DNA of 64,000 bases from Desulfatiglandales bacterium (GCA_963666345.1 OY762721.1:2016001-2080000); one strand, 5' to 3'; counted from the stretch's first letter, positions 40,230 through 50,579 are shown. The notes: generated from the letters alone by a model not told the origin. Made by a program: numbers and translations.

Positions 40230-41405
40230 ATGTTAACATACGAAAAAGCTAGCACGGTACCAATGAAGGTTCTTTATTTCGGCATTTATTCTAAGAGGGC
40301 AGAGTATCCTCGAAACAACAACCTGATTCGTTCTCTGCGCGTAAATGGAGCAGTAGTTACCGAGGCTCACTTTAAACTGGCCGGTTCATTTTTCCAAAGA
40401 ATAGAGATTGCTCAGAGTGTTTTAAAATCCCTATATTTCTTTATCGGTCTTTTTTTAAGCTACATAGTTTTAACATGGAAATTTATCAAAACATCTGATG
40501 CAAACGTTATTATCGTCGGTCATCCTGGATATTTTCACATTCACCTTGCCCAGCTTCTTCGTATTTTCTTCAAAAAGAATGCATTACTGGTGTACGATGT
40601 CTTCATACCACTTTATGAGGCTTTGGTAGAAGATCGAAACCTTGTAAGGCCAAACAGATTTTTGGGTAGATTGTTACATCGTTTTGAGAAATCATGTTGT
40701 CGACAAGCAGATGTATGTTTAATAGATACCGAAGAACACCGCTTGTACCTTAGTAAGGAATATGGATTGAGTTATGATAGGATAGTTAAAATTTTTGTGG
40801 GTTCAACCATTAAACAACAACTTGAACCACCTCAAACTATTTTAAGGAAATCATTTAAAGTTCTTTATGTTGGGACCTACATCCCCCTTCATGGAGTAGA
40901 TATAATATTGAATGCTGCCCGCCTTTTAGAAAAAGATAGAAAAATACATTTTTTTTTCGTTGGTTGTGGGCAGCTTAGGGATAACATAGAAACTTTAGCT
41001 AGCAACTTCGATCTCCCTAACCTAACTTTTCATGATTGGATTCCCACTGAGCATCTTGGCACTTTTATAAGGTCTTTTGATTTGTCCCTTGGCGTGTTCG
41101 GAAGTACACCAAAAACATCACGTGTTATACCTTCTAAGATATTTGATATCTGTGCGGCAGGCGTCCCTTTTATAACGGCTAATACCCCAGCCATTAGAGA
41201 GGCATTCATACACTGCAAAAATGCATACTTAATTAGATCTGGAAGTCCTGAAAGCCTCGCAAATGCCATAAAGGACTTAAAATTGAACAAGGATCTTAGA
41301 TATAAAATAGGAATAGAAGCTTGGCAAACTGCAAATAGCCTTTTTTCTCTTAAAACAATAGGAAAAGATCTTATTAGCGCAATTTTATTCAAACAACAAT
41401 TGTGA
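40230..41405 (+). CDS. GT4-like glycosyltransferase
   Basis: YPRN, GTYIPLHG, VIPSKIFD. Confidence 0.85.
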   Translation: MLTYEKASTVPMKVLYFGIYSKRAEYPRNNNLIRSLRVNGAVVTEAHFKLAGSFFQRIEIAQSVLKSLYFFIGLFLSYIVLTWKFIKTSDANVIIVGHPGYFHIHLAQLLRIFFKKNALLVYDVFIPLYEALVEDRNLVRPNRFLGRLLHRFEKSCCRQADVCLIDTEEHRLYLSKEYGLSYDRIVKIFVGSTIKQQLEPPQTILRKSFKVLYVGTYIPLHGVDIILNAARLLEKDRKIHFFFVGCGQLRDNIETLASNFDLPNLTFHDWIPTEHLGTFIRSFDLSLGVFGSTPKTSRVIPSKIFDICAAGVPFITANTPAIREAFIHCKNAYLIRSGSPESLANAIKDLKLNKDLRYKIGIEAWQTANSLFSLKTIGKDLISAILFKQQL

Positions 41406-41475
41406 TATTTGCAATATTTACTCCAGCATTGAAACCCTGGTCCTTTGCGCTAGATCAGAGGCGGTTCAGTAATAT

Positions 41476-42432
41476 ATGACTAAAGTTACAATTAATAATA
41501 AGAAAATTTTGTTAACTGTAGTAATGGCTTTTATACTTACTGCAACGCTGATTTTCATTTATATTCATCGCAACCTTTGGAAAAGTATTAATAATATTAA
41601 TCTATCCACTTTTGTCTATTTAGTCCTTATTTCGATCGTATCTCAAATTTTTAATGGCCTTTTATTTAATAAGATTGCATTAAAATTTGGAATTCTATTG
41701 AAACCCATAGAATGGATCGGCCTGCCTTTCACTACAGCTATGGGCAACTATATTACACCATTCTCTGGTGGAATAATTTCACGGGCTGTTTATTTAAAAT
41801 ATAGGTATACTTTTCCTTATGCAAGATTCTTATCTGTGATTGGAGCAAGTCAGCTGGTTTTTTTTGGGGTCGCCGGAACTGTAGGGACCTTTACTGTGAT
41901 TTTTTTATCGGGGCGACTGGACTATTATTTTGAAATCCTGATATTCTTTGTTGGGGTGGTCTTTATTATTTCAACTTTGATTCTGGTTCCTGTCAAAAAA
42001 ATACCAGGTAATAACTGGTTGGTTACTTCTTTGAATAATGTAATTGAAGGATGGATTTTAATCAAAAAAGATTATATTCTTCTAACTAAACTTGCCGTTT
42101 ATACGCTTACCAATATTTTTCTAAACGGTTTCTCCTTCTGGTTAGCGTTTAATGCGCTATGCGGAACTGATCAATCATTTGGAAAAATATTTTTAATCAG
42201 CCTCTTCTCAAGTTTTTCCATTCTGTTCAAATTAACGCCAGGCAACCTAGGATTTTTTGAAGTTATTATCAGTTTTACCTCTGGGATTCTTGGAGTTGGT
42301 GTTGGAATCGGTTTAATGGTATCGTTGCTAATGAGGTGCACATCTATTATGCCAATTTTCACCCTAGGGCCTGTCTTCAGCTTCATGCTTACCCGCGAAT
42401 TGTCAGGAGAAAAGTTCAGGAATGATAACTAA
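41476..42432 (+). CDS. LPG-synthase-TM / flippase-like membrane protein
   Basis: NYITPFSGG, LTPGNLGFFE; polytopic. Confidence 0.8.
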   Translation: MTKVTINNKKILLTVVMAFILTATLIFIYIHRNLWKSINNINLSTFVYLVLISIVSQIFNGLLFNKIALKFGILLKPIEWIGLPFTTAMGNYITPFSGGIISRAVYLKYRYTFPYARFLSVIGASQLVFFGVAGTVGTFTVIFLSGRLDYYFEILIFFVGVVFIISTLILVPVKKIPGNNWLVTSLNNVIEGWILIKKDYILLTKLAVYTLTNIFLNGFSFWLAFNALCGTDQSFGKIFLISLFSSFSILFKLTPGNLGFFEVIISFTSGILGVGVGIGLMVSLLMRCTSIMPIFTLGPVFSFMLTRELSGEKFRNDN

Positions 42433-44524
42433 AAACAATGGATTTGATCTAAACATCAAACTTCGGTTTCCTGATGGCGGCAAATATGCATTCACATTTA
42501 TCGTGCTGTTCGTTATCCTTATAATCATATATGCAAACAGTTTTCACGGAGAGTGGCACTATGATGATAATCCAAATATCGTACACAATACCAGTGTCCA
42601 TACAAAGGATCTTTCGTGGCAGGAGATTGAGAAATCATTTGATTTCAGAAGAACACTATCAAGACCAATTGCATATATAAGTTTTGCGATTAACTATTAT
42701 TTCGGCAGATTAAATACCTATGGATACCACATTGTGAATTTTGCAATTCACTATATAGCCTCCATATTTCTATTTCTATTCATTTATAACACTCTGAAAC
42801 TTCCCAATTTAAGGAACAGCTATGGGACAAGTTCTTATTCCATTGCACTCTTGGCCGCATTTCTGTGGGCTATAAATCCCTTGCAGGTGCTTGCCGTAAG
42901 CGTTGTTGTTCAAAGGATGGCAAGCATGGCGGCCATGTTTTATATCATCTCACTTTACCTTTACCTTAAGATAAGAACAGGTGGAAGCCTGAGACTGAAG
43001 ATTGTCTTTGGAATTCTTTGCCTTTTGTCCTCCCTTATGGCATTTGGAACAAAAGAAAATGCAACCATGCTTCCCGTAACTGCATTTCTGTACGACCTTA
43101 TTCTTATACAGGGAATAACCCGAAAAAATCTCAGGAAAAACATATTTATTGCTATCATACCTTTGGCACTCATTTTCCTGTTTACCCTTTTTTACATTGA
43201 TTTTAAGTCGGTACTTGATGGTTATGAAATAAGGCCTTTTTCTTTGTCGGAAAGACTTCTAACGGAACCTAGAATAGTTCTTTTTTATATTTCGCTATTG
43301 CTCTACCCCTTATCCTCCCGACTTACGCTTCTCCATGATATAGATATATCGAAAGGCCTGATTATCCCCTGGGACACCCTTCCCTCTATCCTGCTGATAC
43401 TCGCTCTCATTATCCTCGCGTTTTCCATAGCACGGAAATGGCCGTTTGTATCATTCTCTATCCTTTTCTTCTTCATCAATCACCTTATTGAAAGCTCCAT
43501 TTTCCCATTGGAGCTTATCTATGAGCACAGAAACTATTTACCATCAATGCTTTTCTTTGTTCCAATTTCCATTGTGATCATACTGGTACTCGATTACTTT
43601 TCTTACAGAAAATCAATTCAGTGGGTAATAGCTTTTGTACTGATATTAATCATGATCACCCAGGGCCACACGGTTTATCTTAGAAATAATATTTTAAAAA
43701 GCGAATTTCGTCTCTGGTATGACAATGCTGAAAAGTATCCCCGACTAAGCGTCGTTCATACCAACCTTGGAAAGCATTACTGGAGGATGGGGCAGTATGA
43801 AAAGGGATTTGAGGAAAGCAACAGGGCTATCGAATCTGATTGGTATCTGAATTCTCAACAACGAGGTCTTGCCTATTATAATGCCGGGCTCTACTATCAG
43901 TATGAGGGTAATATTGCTGCTGCTTCAGATCTTTATAAGAAGTCCGTAGAGCTTTCACCCTTTAATGAAAACGGGTGGGCCGCAATGGCAAACCTTGAAG
44001 TCGAAAGCGGCAATATTGCCGGTGCGCACGATTACATCAGAAAGGCAAAGGAGGCAGGTTTAAACAGCCCTATTATACGCGCCATACAATGCAAAATCCT
44101 TTTGAAAAATAATCAAATCGACAATGCAATCAGGATTGCCTACTCCATATTGATCGACGAACCTGCCGACACAATGGCAAAATGCATTCTCGGTGAAGCA
44201 TTCAGATTAAAGGGCAAATATTTAAGGGCAATAGACTACTGGGAAAGGTTCTTGCGGAGAAGGCCCTTATCGGTAATGGGCCATCTCGCACTTCTTGAGC
44301 TTTATTACAGTAGCGAAAACAAAAAAATGCTCTCACAAATTGTCGGAAAGATATTATGCCTGAAAAAGAACCAGGAATTTTTAGACTTTATTAAGGCCTT
44401 TGCTCAAAACGAAGAGTTTATAACCTTCTACACACCTGATTCGAATGTGCTTCTTCCGATCATCAGGAATACCCTTCAAAACGATGTGGCCGCTATAAAT
44501 TCAGATCCCATAAGACAGCCTTGA
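42422..44524 (+). CDS. TMTC/TfpW-like GT-C protein with TPRs
   Basis: YDDNPNI, VVQRMAS, YEHRNYLPS; long TPR C-terminus; converges on pilin genes. Confidence 0.82.
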   Translation: MITKNNGFDLNIKLRFPDGGKYAFTFIVLFVILIIIYANSFHGEWHYDDNPNIVHNTSVHTKDLSWQEIEKSFDFRRTLSRPIAYISFAINYYFGRLNTYGYHIVNFAIHYIASIFLFLFIYNTLKLPNLRNSYGTSSYSIALLAAFLWAINPLQVLAVSVVVQRMASMAAMFYIISLYLYLKIRTGGSLRLKIVFGILCLLSSLMAFGTKENATMLPVTAFLYDLILIQGITRKNLRKNIFIAIIPLALIFLFTLFYIDFKSVLDGYEIRPFSLSERLLTEPRIVLFYISLLLYPLSSRLTLLHDIDISKGLIIPWDTLPSILLILALIILAFSIARKWPFVSFSILFFFINHLIESSIFPLELIYEHRNYLPSMLFFVPISIVIILVLDYFSYRKSIQWVIAFVLILIMITQGHTVYLRNNILKSEFRLWYDNAEKYPRLSVVHTNLGKHYWRMGQYEKGFEESNRAIESDWYLNSQQRGLAYYNAGLYYQYEGNIAAASDLYKKSVELSPFNENGWAAMANLEVESGNIAGAHDYIRKAKEAGLNSPIIRAIQCKILLKNNQIDNAIRIAYSILIDEPADTMAKCILGEAFRLKGKYLRAIDYWERFLRRRPLSVMGHLALLELYYSSENKKMLSQIVGKILCLKKNQEFLDFIKAFAQNEEFITFYTPDSNVLLPIIRNTLQNDVAAINSDPIRQP

Positions 44525-44647
44525 TCAAGCGCCGGGTCTTTCAACAGTTTTGCTTGAAGAAGCTCCGCTGAGTACGGAACCGGTCTTTCCTTCAGCCGTT
44601 ACTGTTATTGAGCTGCCGCTGGCATTGTACGAAAGGGTAAAATCGCC
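44525..44647 (-). pseudogene. Orphan pilin C-terminal cassette (40 codons + stop, no start)
   Basis: GDFTLSYNASGSSITVTAEGKTGSVLSGASSSKTVERPGA*, aligns with both pilins. Confidence 0.9.
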
Positions 44648-44656
44648 CTATTTTTT

Positions 44657-45025
44657 TTATACTGTCCCGGGTTCTGGAACGTCTCTTGATGAAGACGCGC
44701 CAGCCACTGCAGTAGTAGTTTTTCCGACAGCTTTAACAGTTATCGTATCACCATCAGTATACGTAAGCGAGAAATCACCAGCATCTGAGCCAAGAGTAGC
44801 AGTGGTATATACAACTTGGCCTGGAGTACTCCCGGATAGAACGGCCTGACCGAAATGAGCGTTGATCCTGCTTACGCCCTCAGCCAGGGCACCTTCAACC
44901 GCTTTGTTAATAGCTTCATTCCTGAGATCGAAATATTTTGGTATGGCTATAGCCGACAGCATTCCCAGAATAAGCAAGACGGTAATAAGCTCCAGAAGTG
45001 TAAAACCGTCATTTTTCATAATCAT
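44657..45025 (-). CDS. Second type IV pilin (MshA-like)
   Basis: DG|FTLLEL...IPKYFDL; paralog of 45163-45546; ATG at 45025 or 45019. Confidence 0.88.
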   Translation of the reverse strand: MIMKNDGFTLLELITVLLILGMLSAIAIPKYFDLRNEAINKAVEGALAEGVSRINAHFGQAVLSGSTPGQVVYTTATLGSDAGDFSLTYTDGDTITVKAVGKTTTAVAGASSSRDVPEPGTV

Positions 45026-45097
45026 TCCATCGTGTTCAGGCATGCACACCTTTTAATTATCAATCAAGGGCAAAAGAGGGGCAGGATAGCCAGTTTT

Positions 45098-45133
45098 ATG
45101 TCTGAGAAAGATAAACATATCTTTCTCAGACAT
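45098..45133. terminator. 16-bp perfect hairpin between the two pilin genes
   Basis: ATGTCTGAGAAAGATA-AACA-TATCTTTCTCAGACAT. Confidence 0.7.
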
Positions 45134-45162
45134 CTGATAAATAATTAATCTCTCAAATTTTT

Positions 45163-45546
45163 TTATACTGTCCCTGGTGATGATACCTTTCTCGTTGAAG
45201 ACGCACCGGACACTGCAGTACCAGTTTTTCCTATAGCTTTGACAGTTATCGAAGCAGCATCAGTATACGAAAGCGTGAAATCACCGGCATCTGAGCCAAG
45301 AGTATCAGATGTATATACAACCTGGCCCGGTGTACTCCCGGCTAGAACGGCCTGACCGAAATGAGCGTTGATCCTTCCAATACCCTCTGCTAAAGCACCT
45401 TCAACGGCCTTGTTCTTTGCTTCATCCTGAAGATCGAAATATTTGGGGATTGCCACCGCAGCAAGTATGCCAAGAATGATCAGAACCGCGATGATCTCGA
45501 TCAGGGTAAAACCTTTCTGGTTTCGCTTCAAAAGCATTTTCTTCAT
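45163..45546 (-). CDS. pilA: Major type IV pilin (MshA/PilA-like)
   Basis: KG|FTLIEIIAVLIILGILAAVAIPKY; strong RBS AAGGAGG; sigma-54 promoter upstream. Confidence 0.9.
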   Translation of the reverse strand: MKKMLLKRNQKGFTLIEIIAVLIILGILAAVAIPKYFDLQDEAKNKAVEGALAEGIGRINAHFGQAVLAGSTPGQVVYTSDTLGSDAGDFTLSYTDAASITVKAIGKTGTAVSGASSTRKVSSPGTV

Positions 45547-45678
45547 TTTACATCCTCCTTATTATAATTATATAAATTCAAATTTTACTGCTAACAAAAG
45601 TCTTCACTCCTGATTACCCGATATCACCCCCTTTAGCTATTGAATAAAGACAACCAAAGCTACCTGGAATTCATATAA

Positions 45679-45694
45679 TGCAGTATTTGTACCA
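45679..45694 (-). promoter_or_regulatory. Sigma-54 (-24/-12) promoter of pilA
   Basis: TGGTAC-AAATA-CTGCA (GG-N10-GC) on the minus strand. Confidence 0.78.
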
Positions 45695-45802
45695 AAATGC
45701 CGCATGAATCCCGATATAAAACATGCACAATCAATTCAATCGGTTATAAAAGCAGCGATGCTCACGCAATGGGCATTTGCTACAAAAAATGTAGATCAGC
45801 CC

Positions 45803-47122
45803 TCAAATAATGATGCTTTTAAACAACTTGGGATCGATCCCATGCTTTTTCACCCTGTGCCACAGGCTTCTCTGGCTGACACCCAGAATCCCCGCAGCCT
45901 TGTTTTGAACCCCGCCTGTTTTTTTCAAGGCGTCAAGTATAAACCTTTTTTCTATCCTTTTTATTTCTTCATCTAAAATTATATTTCCCGATATCCCCAG
46001 TGAAGGTGCAATTCCTCCCCTTCTTATCTTCTCAGGCAGATGTTCGACCCTCATAACACCATTTTCAGCCACCACAGAAGCCCTTTCAAGCACATTTTTC
46101 AGTTCCCTCACATTTCCGGGCCACTCGTAACTCATCAGATATCGAAGCATATCATCAGAAAGTTTTAACTCAACGTTCAAGGCGCTCAAAAAATGTTCTG
46201 CAAGCAAAGGGATATCTTTTTTTCTCTCCCTCAGGGGCGGCATGTTTATGGCAAACACATTAAGCCTGAAATACAGGTCCTCACGGAAACCGCCCTGTTC
46301 CACCATTTTTTCAATGTCTTTGTTTGTAGCAGCTATAACCCGCAGATCACTTAATATCTCACGCGTGCCCCCAACCCGTTCGAACCGGCCATCCTCAAGC
46401 ACTCTCAGCACCTTCGCCTGTGTACCCGGAGCCATGTCACCTATTTCATCAAGAAAGATGGTTCCGTTATTTGCCAGTTCAAACTTTCCGATCTTTCTTG
46501 AATGGGCACCTGTGAATGCCCCTTTTTCATGACCCAAAAGCTCGCTTTCAAGGAGCCCTTCAGGGATCGCCGCGCAGTTGACCTTTATGAATGGTTTGTT
46601 TTTCCTTTTGCTGTTGCCCTGTATGCTTTCAGCGATAAGCTCCTTGCCTGTCCCACTCTCCCCCAGTATCAGCACTGTCGAATCAGTGGCGGAAACCTGC
46701 TTTACCTGCTTGAGTATCCCCCTTATGGCCCTGCTCTCCCCAACTATTTCAGGGAACAGTTCTCTTGCCTCCACAGCGCTCAGGACCTCTGTTATCTGAT
46801 CAAAAAACCTCTCATACCTTTCAATGGGGTCCTTCTTGTCATCCACATTTTCCTTATTTTTCCCAATCGCCGAAATCGCCCCTGTTTCCGAAATGAATTT
46901 GTCAACCGGCTTCAGTATACCCCTGATAACCAAAAGCCCGCACGCAAAAGAAAACCCAAAGATAAACAATATCCAGAAAAATAAATACCAGTTTTCCGGC
47001 AACCCTCTTCTCAAACAATACTCCGAAAGCCTGAAGGCCCCAAGAGATGAAAGAATTGATATTCCTGATATAATTATCGGGATGATTATTGTAAGGCGTA
47101 TAAAATATTGTTTTTTTTTCAA
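45803..47122 (-). CDS. Sigma-54 enhancer-binding protein with two N-terminal TM helices
   Basis: GESGTGKE, GAFTGA, FLDEIGD, WPGNVREL, Fis HTH; no receiver domain. Confidence 0.93.
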   Translation of the reverse strand: MKKKQYFIRLTIIIPIIISGISILSSLGAFRLSEYCLRRGLPENWYLFFWILFIFGFSFACGLLVIRGILKPVDKFISETGAISAIGKNKENVDDKKDPIERYERFFDQITEVLSAVEARELFPEIVGESRAIRGILKQVKQVSATDSTVLILGESGTGKELIAESIQGNSKRKNKPFIKVNCAAIPEGLLESELLGHEKGAFTGAHSRKIGKFELANNGTIFLDEIGDMAPGTQAKVLRVLEDGRFERVGGTREILSDLRVIAATNKDIEKMVEQGGFREDLYFRLNVFAINMPPLRERKKDIPLLAEHFLSALNVELKLSDDMLRYLMSYEWPGNVRELKNVLERASVVAENGVMRVEHLPEKIRRGGIAPSLGISGNIILDEEIKRIEKRFILDALKKTGGVQNKAAGILGVSQRSLWHRVKKHGIDPKLFKSIII

Positions 47123-47193
47123 ATCACTCGTTTGTTTTAATTGCCATATTCAAAAACAAAATCAGTTTTTCTCCAAAAAAAACAAAAACCCTT

Positions 47194-48420
47194 CTACCCT
47201 GTCATCTTGGTCAGATCCCACATGGGTAAAAATATGGACAAGGCAAAAAAGCCGACCACCGCCGCGAGACCGACAACAAGCGCCGGTCCAATCGCCTCTG
47301 CCAATCCTCTTGTCGCGTACGTGACCTCTTCGTCATAGTGGCCTGCAACCTCTCTCAGCATCTCGTCCAGGTTGCCCGATTCCTCCCCGATCGCCACCAT
47401 GTTTATTACCATGGGCGTGAAGTATTTCGCAGCCCTGAGAGGCGCTGAAATACCCTGCCCTTCTTCGAGCCTTTCACGCAAGGTCCCGAACTGGTTTGAA
47501 ATCGCACTGTTACCTAGTGTTCCCGCAAGAATCCGCATCGATTCAAGCACACCCACCCCGCTTGACTGGAGAATTGCAAAGATACTCGCAAACCTGGACA
47601 TCGCGGCCTTCTGAAAAAGAGGACCGAAAAGGGGTATCCTGAGGATGGCACTATCTTTCATAAGCCGCCCTTTTTCCGTCTTAAAAAAGGAGTAGTAGCA
47701 CCCGCCAACCACAACCAAGACAAAAAGAATCAGTATGTACCAGTAATTTGCCAGCACATTATACATCACCATACATATCTTTGTCGGAAGCGGGAGTTCC
47801 AGGCCCGCCCTGTTGAATATCTTTATAAATTTCGGAATTACGAAGGTAAGAAGCACAAAAAACGCAATTCCAAGGAACGCAAACACTAATGCAGGGTATT
47901 GAAGGGCGGATTTTATGTCCGACTTCACCTTTTCTTCATGCTCCAGGATATATGTCAGACGATCCAGCACCTCGGGAAGCGCACCGCTTGACTCGCCCGC
48001 CCGCACCATGCTGCAGTAAAGAGGTGAAAATATCTTGTGCTTTCTGAAGGTCTCAAAGATTGTAAAACCCTCTTTTACATCCTGGACCATCTGGGTGATT
48101 ATCTTTTTAAACCTCTTGTTTTCGGTCTGGCTTTCCAGGATCTGAAGCAGTGTGACTATAGGAATTCCGGCATTCAGCATGGTCCTGAACTGCTTGGTAA
48201 AAAGGATTATCTCCTTGAGCTTTATAGGGCTCAGTATCTCTTCCAGTTTGTGGACAACTCCCGATTCCTTGGCGTCTCCAAACTGCTGGGAGCTTACCTT
48301 TGTGGGGATATAGCCCTTTTCACTCAGGATGGCGCTTGCCATGTCGATGGATTCCGCCTCGACAACTCCCGTTACGCTGCTGCCTGTCTCGCTTATTGCC
48401 TTGTAGGAAAACTTGGGCAT
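47194..48420 (-). CDS. pilC: Type IV pilus platform protein (PilC/MshG)
   Basis: Two GspF repeats, AGESSG.L, IGEESGNL. Confidence 0.93.
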   Translation of the reverse strand: MPKFSYKAISETGSSVTGVVEAESIDMASAILSEKGYIPTKVSSQQFGDAKESGVVHKLEEILSPIKLKEIILFTKQFRTMLNAGIPIVTLLQILESQTENKRFKKIITQMVQDVKEGFTIFETFRKHKIFSPLYCSMVRAGESSGALPEVLDRLTYILEHEEKVKSDIKSALQYPALVFAFLGIAFFVLLTFVIPKFIKIFNRAGLELPLPTKICMVMYNVLANYWYILILFVLVVVGGCYYSFFKTEKGRLMKDSAILRIPLFGPLFQKAAMSRFASIFAILQSSGVGVLESMRILAGTLGNSAISNQFGTLRERLEEGQGISAPLRAAKYFTPMVINMVAIGEESGNLDEMLREVAGHYDEEVTYATRGLAEAIGPALVVGLAAVVGFFALSIFLPMWDLTKMTG

Positions 48421-48503
48421 AATGGTTGTTCTACCCTCTTAAAGATGTTCATTGTAAATAGATATCTTTATTTCGCCTGCAGTACATTTGAATAAAAGGG
48501 TTC

Positions 48504-48690
48504 TTTGCTCCGCTTACGCTTCGCTCAGTCCCACTGCTTCGCAGCGGGTTCCCGGTTTCAAGGGGTCAAGGGCTTATTTTCCAGAGATTTTATCAGTGCT
48601 TTGAGCATTCTTTCCACTTCTACGATATTACCTTTTATTGTAGCCAATGCCCCTTTTTCAATGAACCCTAAATCACCTGCCAATAATAAA
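48504..48690. pseudogene. Family A element + 3' remnant of four-helix-bundle gene
   Basis: Near-identical to 50623-50830. Confidence 0.88.
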
Positions 48691-48851
48691 TAACAAATAA
48701 CCTTGTACTACTTTCTTTTAACCGCCCGTTTCACTTGAATCCTTGAAACCTCGGATCCTTGAACCCTTTCTCGCCCACTCATAACCAATAACAAATAACC
48801 ATGTCCTTTTTTATTCAGCGGGAACCGCTGAACCCTCGACCCCTCGGACCC

Positions 48852-50579
48852 TTAAGTTAATACTGCCGTGGCCGCCTCTTCAAGCGTGGTCAGTCCCTTC
48901 AGAGCCTTTTCCAGGGCGTCTTCTTTGAGGGTGGTGAGCTTTCCCGCATCTTTGGCGGCCCGCGTGATCTCCTGGGCCGAGCGTCTTTTGAGGATCATGT
49001 CCTGGATCACCTCGTCTATCACAAGGACCTCGAACACCCCGGTCCTTCCCTTGTAACCGGTATCCATGCACTGGAAACATCCGTTGCTTCGGTAAAATTT
49101 CATGCCGTTCGACTCATCCTCTTCAATTCCCCACTGTTTGAGTACCGCGTCGGATGGCCTGTATTCCTCCTTGCAATGAGGGCAGATCTTTCTGACAAGC
49201 CTCTGGGCGAATGAGACAAGCATTACGGATGAAACCAGAAAGGGCTCTATGCCCATATCGATAAAACGTGTTATGGCGCCTGCCGCGTCGTTTGTATGGA
49301 CCGTGCTCAGGACCCTGTGTCCTGTCATGGCGGCCTGGACCGCGATGGTGGCGGTTTCCGCATCCCTTATCTCACCTACCATGATCACGTCCGGGTCCTG
49401 GCGAAGTATGGACCGAAGGCCGCTCGCGAAAGTCATGCCCGCCCTGCGGTTAAGCTGCACCTGCCTGATCTTTCCCATGCGGTACTCCACCGGATCCTCA
49501 AGCGTTATGATATTTATGTCCGGCTGATTTATTTCACTTAAGATCGAATAGAGGCTCGTGCTCTTTCCGCTCCCGGTGGGCCCGGTGCTCAGGATCATGC
49601 CGTAAGGCATCTTTATGATCGACTCGATTTTTTCCTGGTCCTTTTTGCTCATGCCCAGAAGACCCAGTTCATACACGCCGCTGCTCATATCGAGCAGTCT
49701 CAGCACGATATTTTCACCATAGATCGTGGGAAGGGCGGAGGCCCTGATGTTTATCTCCCTGTTTTCCATCTTTATGGTGAATCTTCCGTCCTGGGGTATC
49801 CTTGAAACCGCGATATCCATGTTCGAGAGGATCTTTATCCTTGACGCGATGGGAAGAAACATCGACTTGGGCGGGGCCGGCACCTCGTGGAGCTTCCCGT
49901 CCACCCTGAATCTGACCTGGACATAGTCCTTTTCAGGGCTGATATGAATATCGCTTGCCTTTTCACGAATCGCCTGTGACAAAATCGAGTTTACAAGACG
50001 TATGACAGGGGCCTCTTCAGCCATACCCTGAAGGGAACTCACCTGCAGGTCCTCTGTTACGGTTATCTGCTCCTGCTCGGCCTCGACCTCCTCTTCTTCC
50101 TCGATCTGCGATTCATCCACGCTGTTTAAGACGGATCCCATATCCGAATACATACCGTAGATCTTGCCGGTCAACTGGTTGAGTTCCTGCTCTGTGCAGA
50201 TGACCGCTTCCACCTCCATGTTGGTCAGGCTCTCTACGGCATCGACGGCCTGGATATCCATCGGGTCGGGCATGGCTATCTTAAATAGAGTAGCGCCCTG
50301 CCTCAGAGGGACGACCTGGTATTTTCTCGCAATCTCAAGAGGAATAACCGAGGCAAGGGTGGAATCAAGCGTGAATTTTTCACTTCTGTATTTCTCGATT
50401 CTTAGCTGCCTGGAGATCAAATCCATTATCTGGGATTCGCTCACTATTCCCTGGCGCGTAAGATACTGCCCCAGCTTAAGCCCCGCCGCCTTCTGGCCCG
50501 CAAGAGCCTTATTGAGCTGGGCCTCGCTTACCAGCCCCTCTTCAATGAGCATCTCTCCTAGTCTCTTTTTTATTCTCAA
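48852..50579 (-). CDS. pilB: Pilus assembly ATPase (PilB/MshE) with MshEN domain
   Basis: RLGEML..EGLV....L..AL..Q, GPTGSGKS, LRQDPD, CxxC pairs. Confidence 0.95.
   Translation of the reverse strand: MRIKKRLGEMLIEEGLVSEAQLNKALAGQKAAGLKLGQYLTRQGIVSESQIMDLISRQLRIEKYRSEKFTLDSTLASVIPLEIARKYQVVPLRQGATLFKIAMPDPMDIQAVDAVESLTNMEVEAVICTEQELNQLTGKIYGMYSDMGSVLNSVDESQIEEEEEVEAEQEQITVTEDLQVSSLQGMAEEAPVIRLVNSILSQAIREKASDIHISPEKDYVQVRFRVDGKLHEVPAPPKSMFLPIASRIKILSNMDIAVSRIPQDGRFTIKMENREINIRASALPTIYGENIVLRLLDMSSGVYELGLLGMSKKDQEKIESIIKMPYGMILSTGPTGSGKSTSLYSILSEINQPDINIITLEDPVEYRMGKIRQVQLNRRAGMTFASGLRSILRQDPDVIMVGEIRDAETATIAVQAAMTGHRVLSTVHTNDAAGAITRFIDMGIEPFLVSSVMLVSFAQRLVRKICPHCKEEYRPSDAVLKQWGIEEDESNGMKFYRSNGCFQCMDTGYKGRTGVFEVLVIDEVIQDMILKRRSAQEITRAAKDAGKLTTLKEDALEKALKGLTTLEEAATAVLT

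Noticed and set aside
45163..45546. Geobacter-type electrically conductive pilin
   Set aside because: Full-length (~115-aa mature) pilin with sparse aromatics and a long aromatic-free C-terminal stretch
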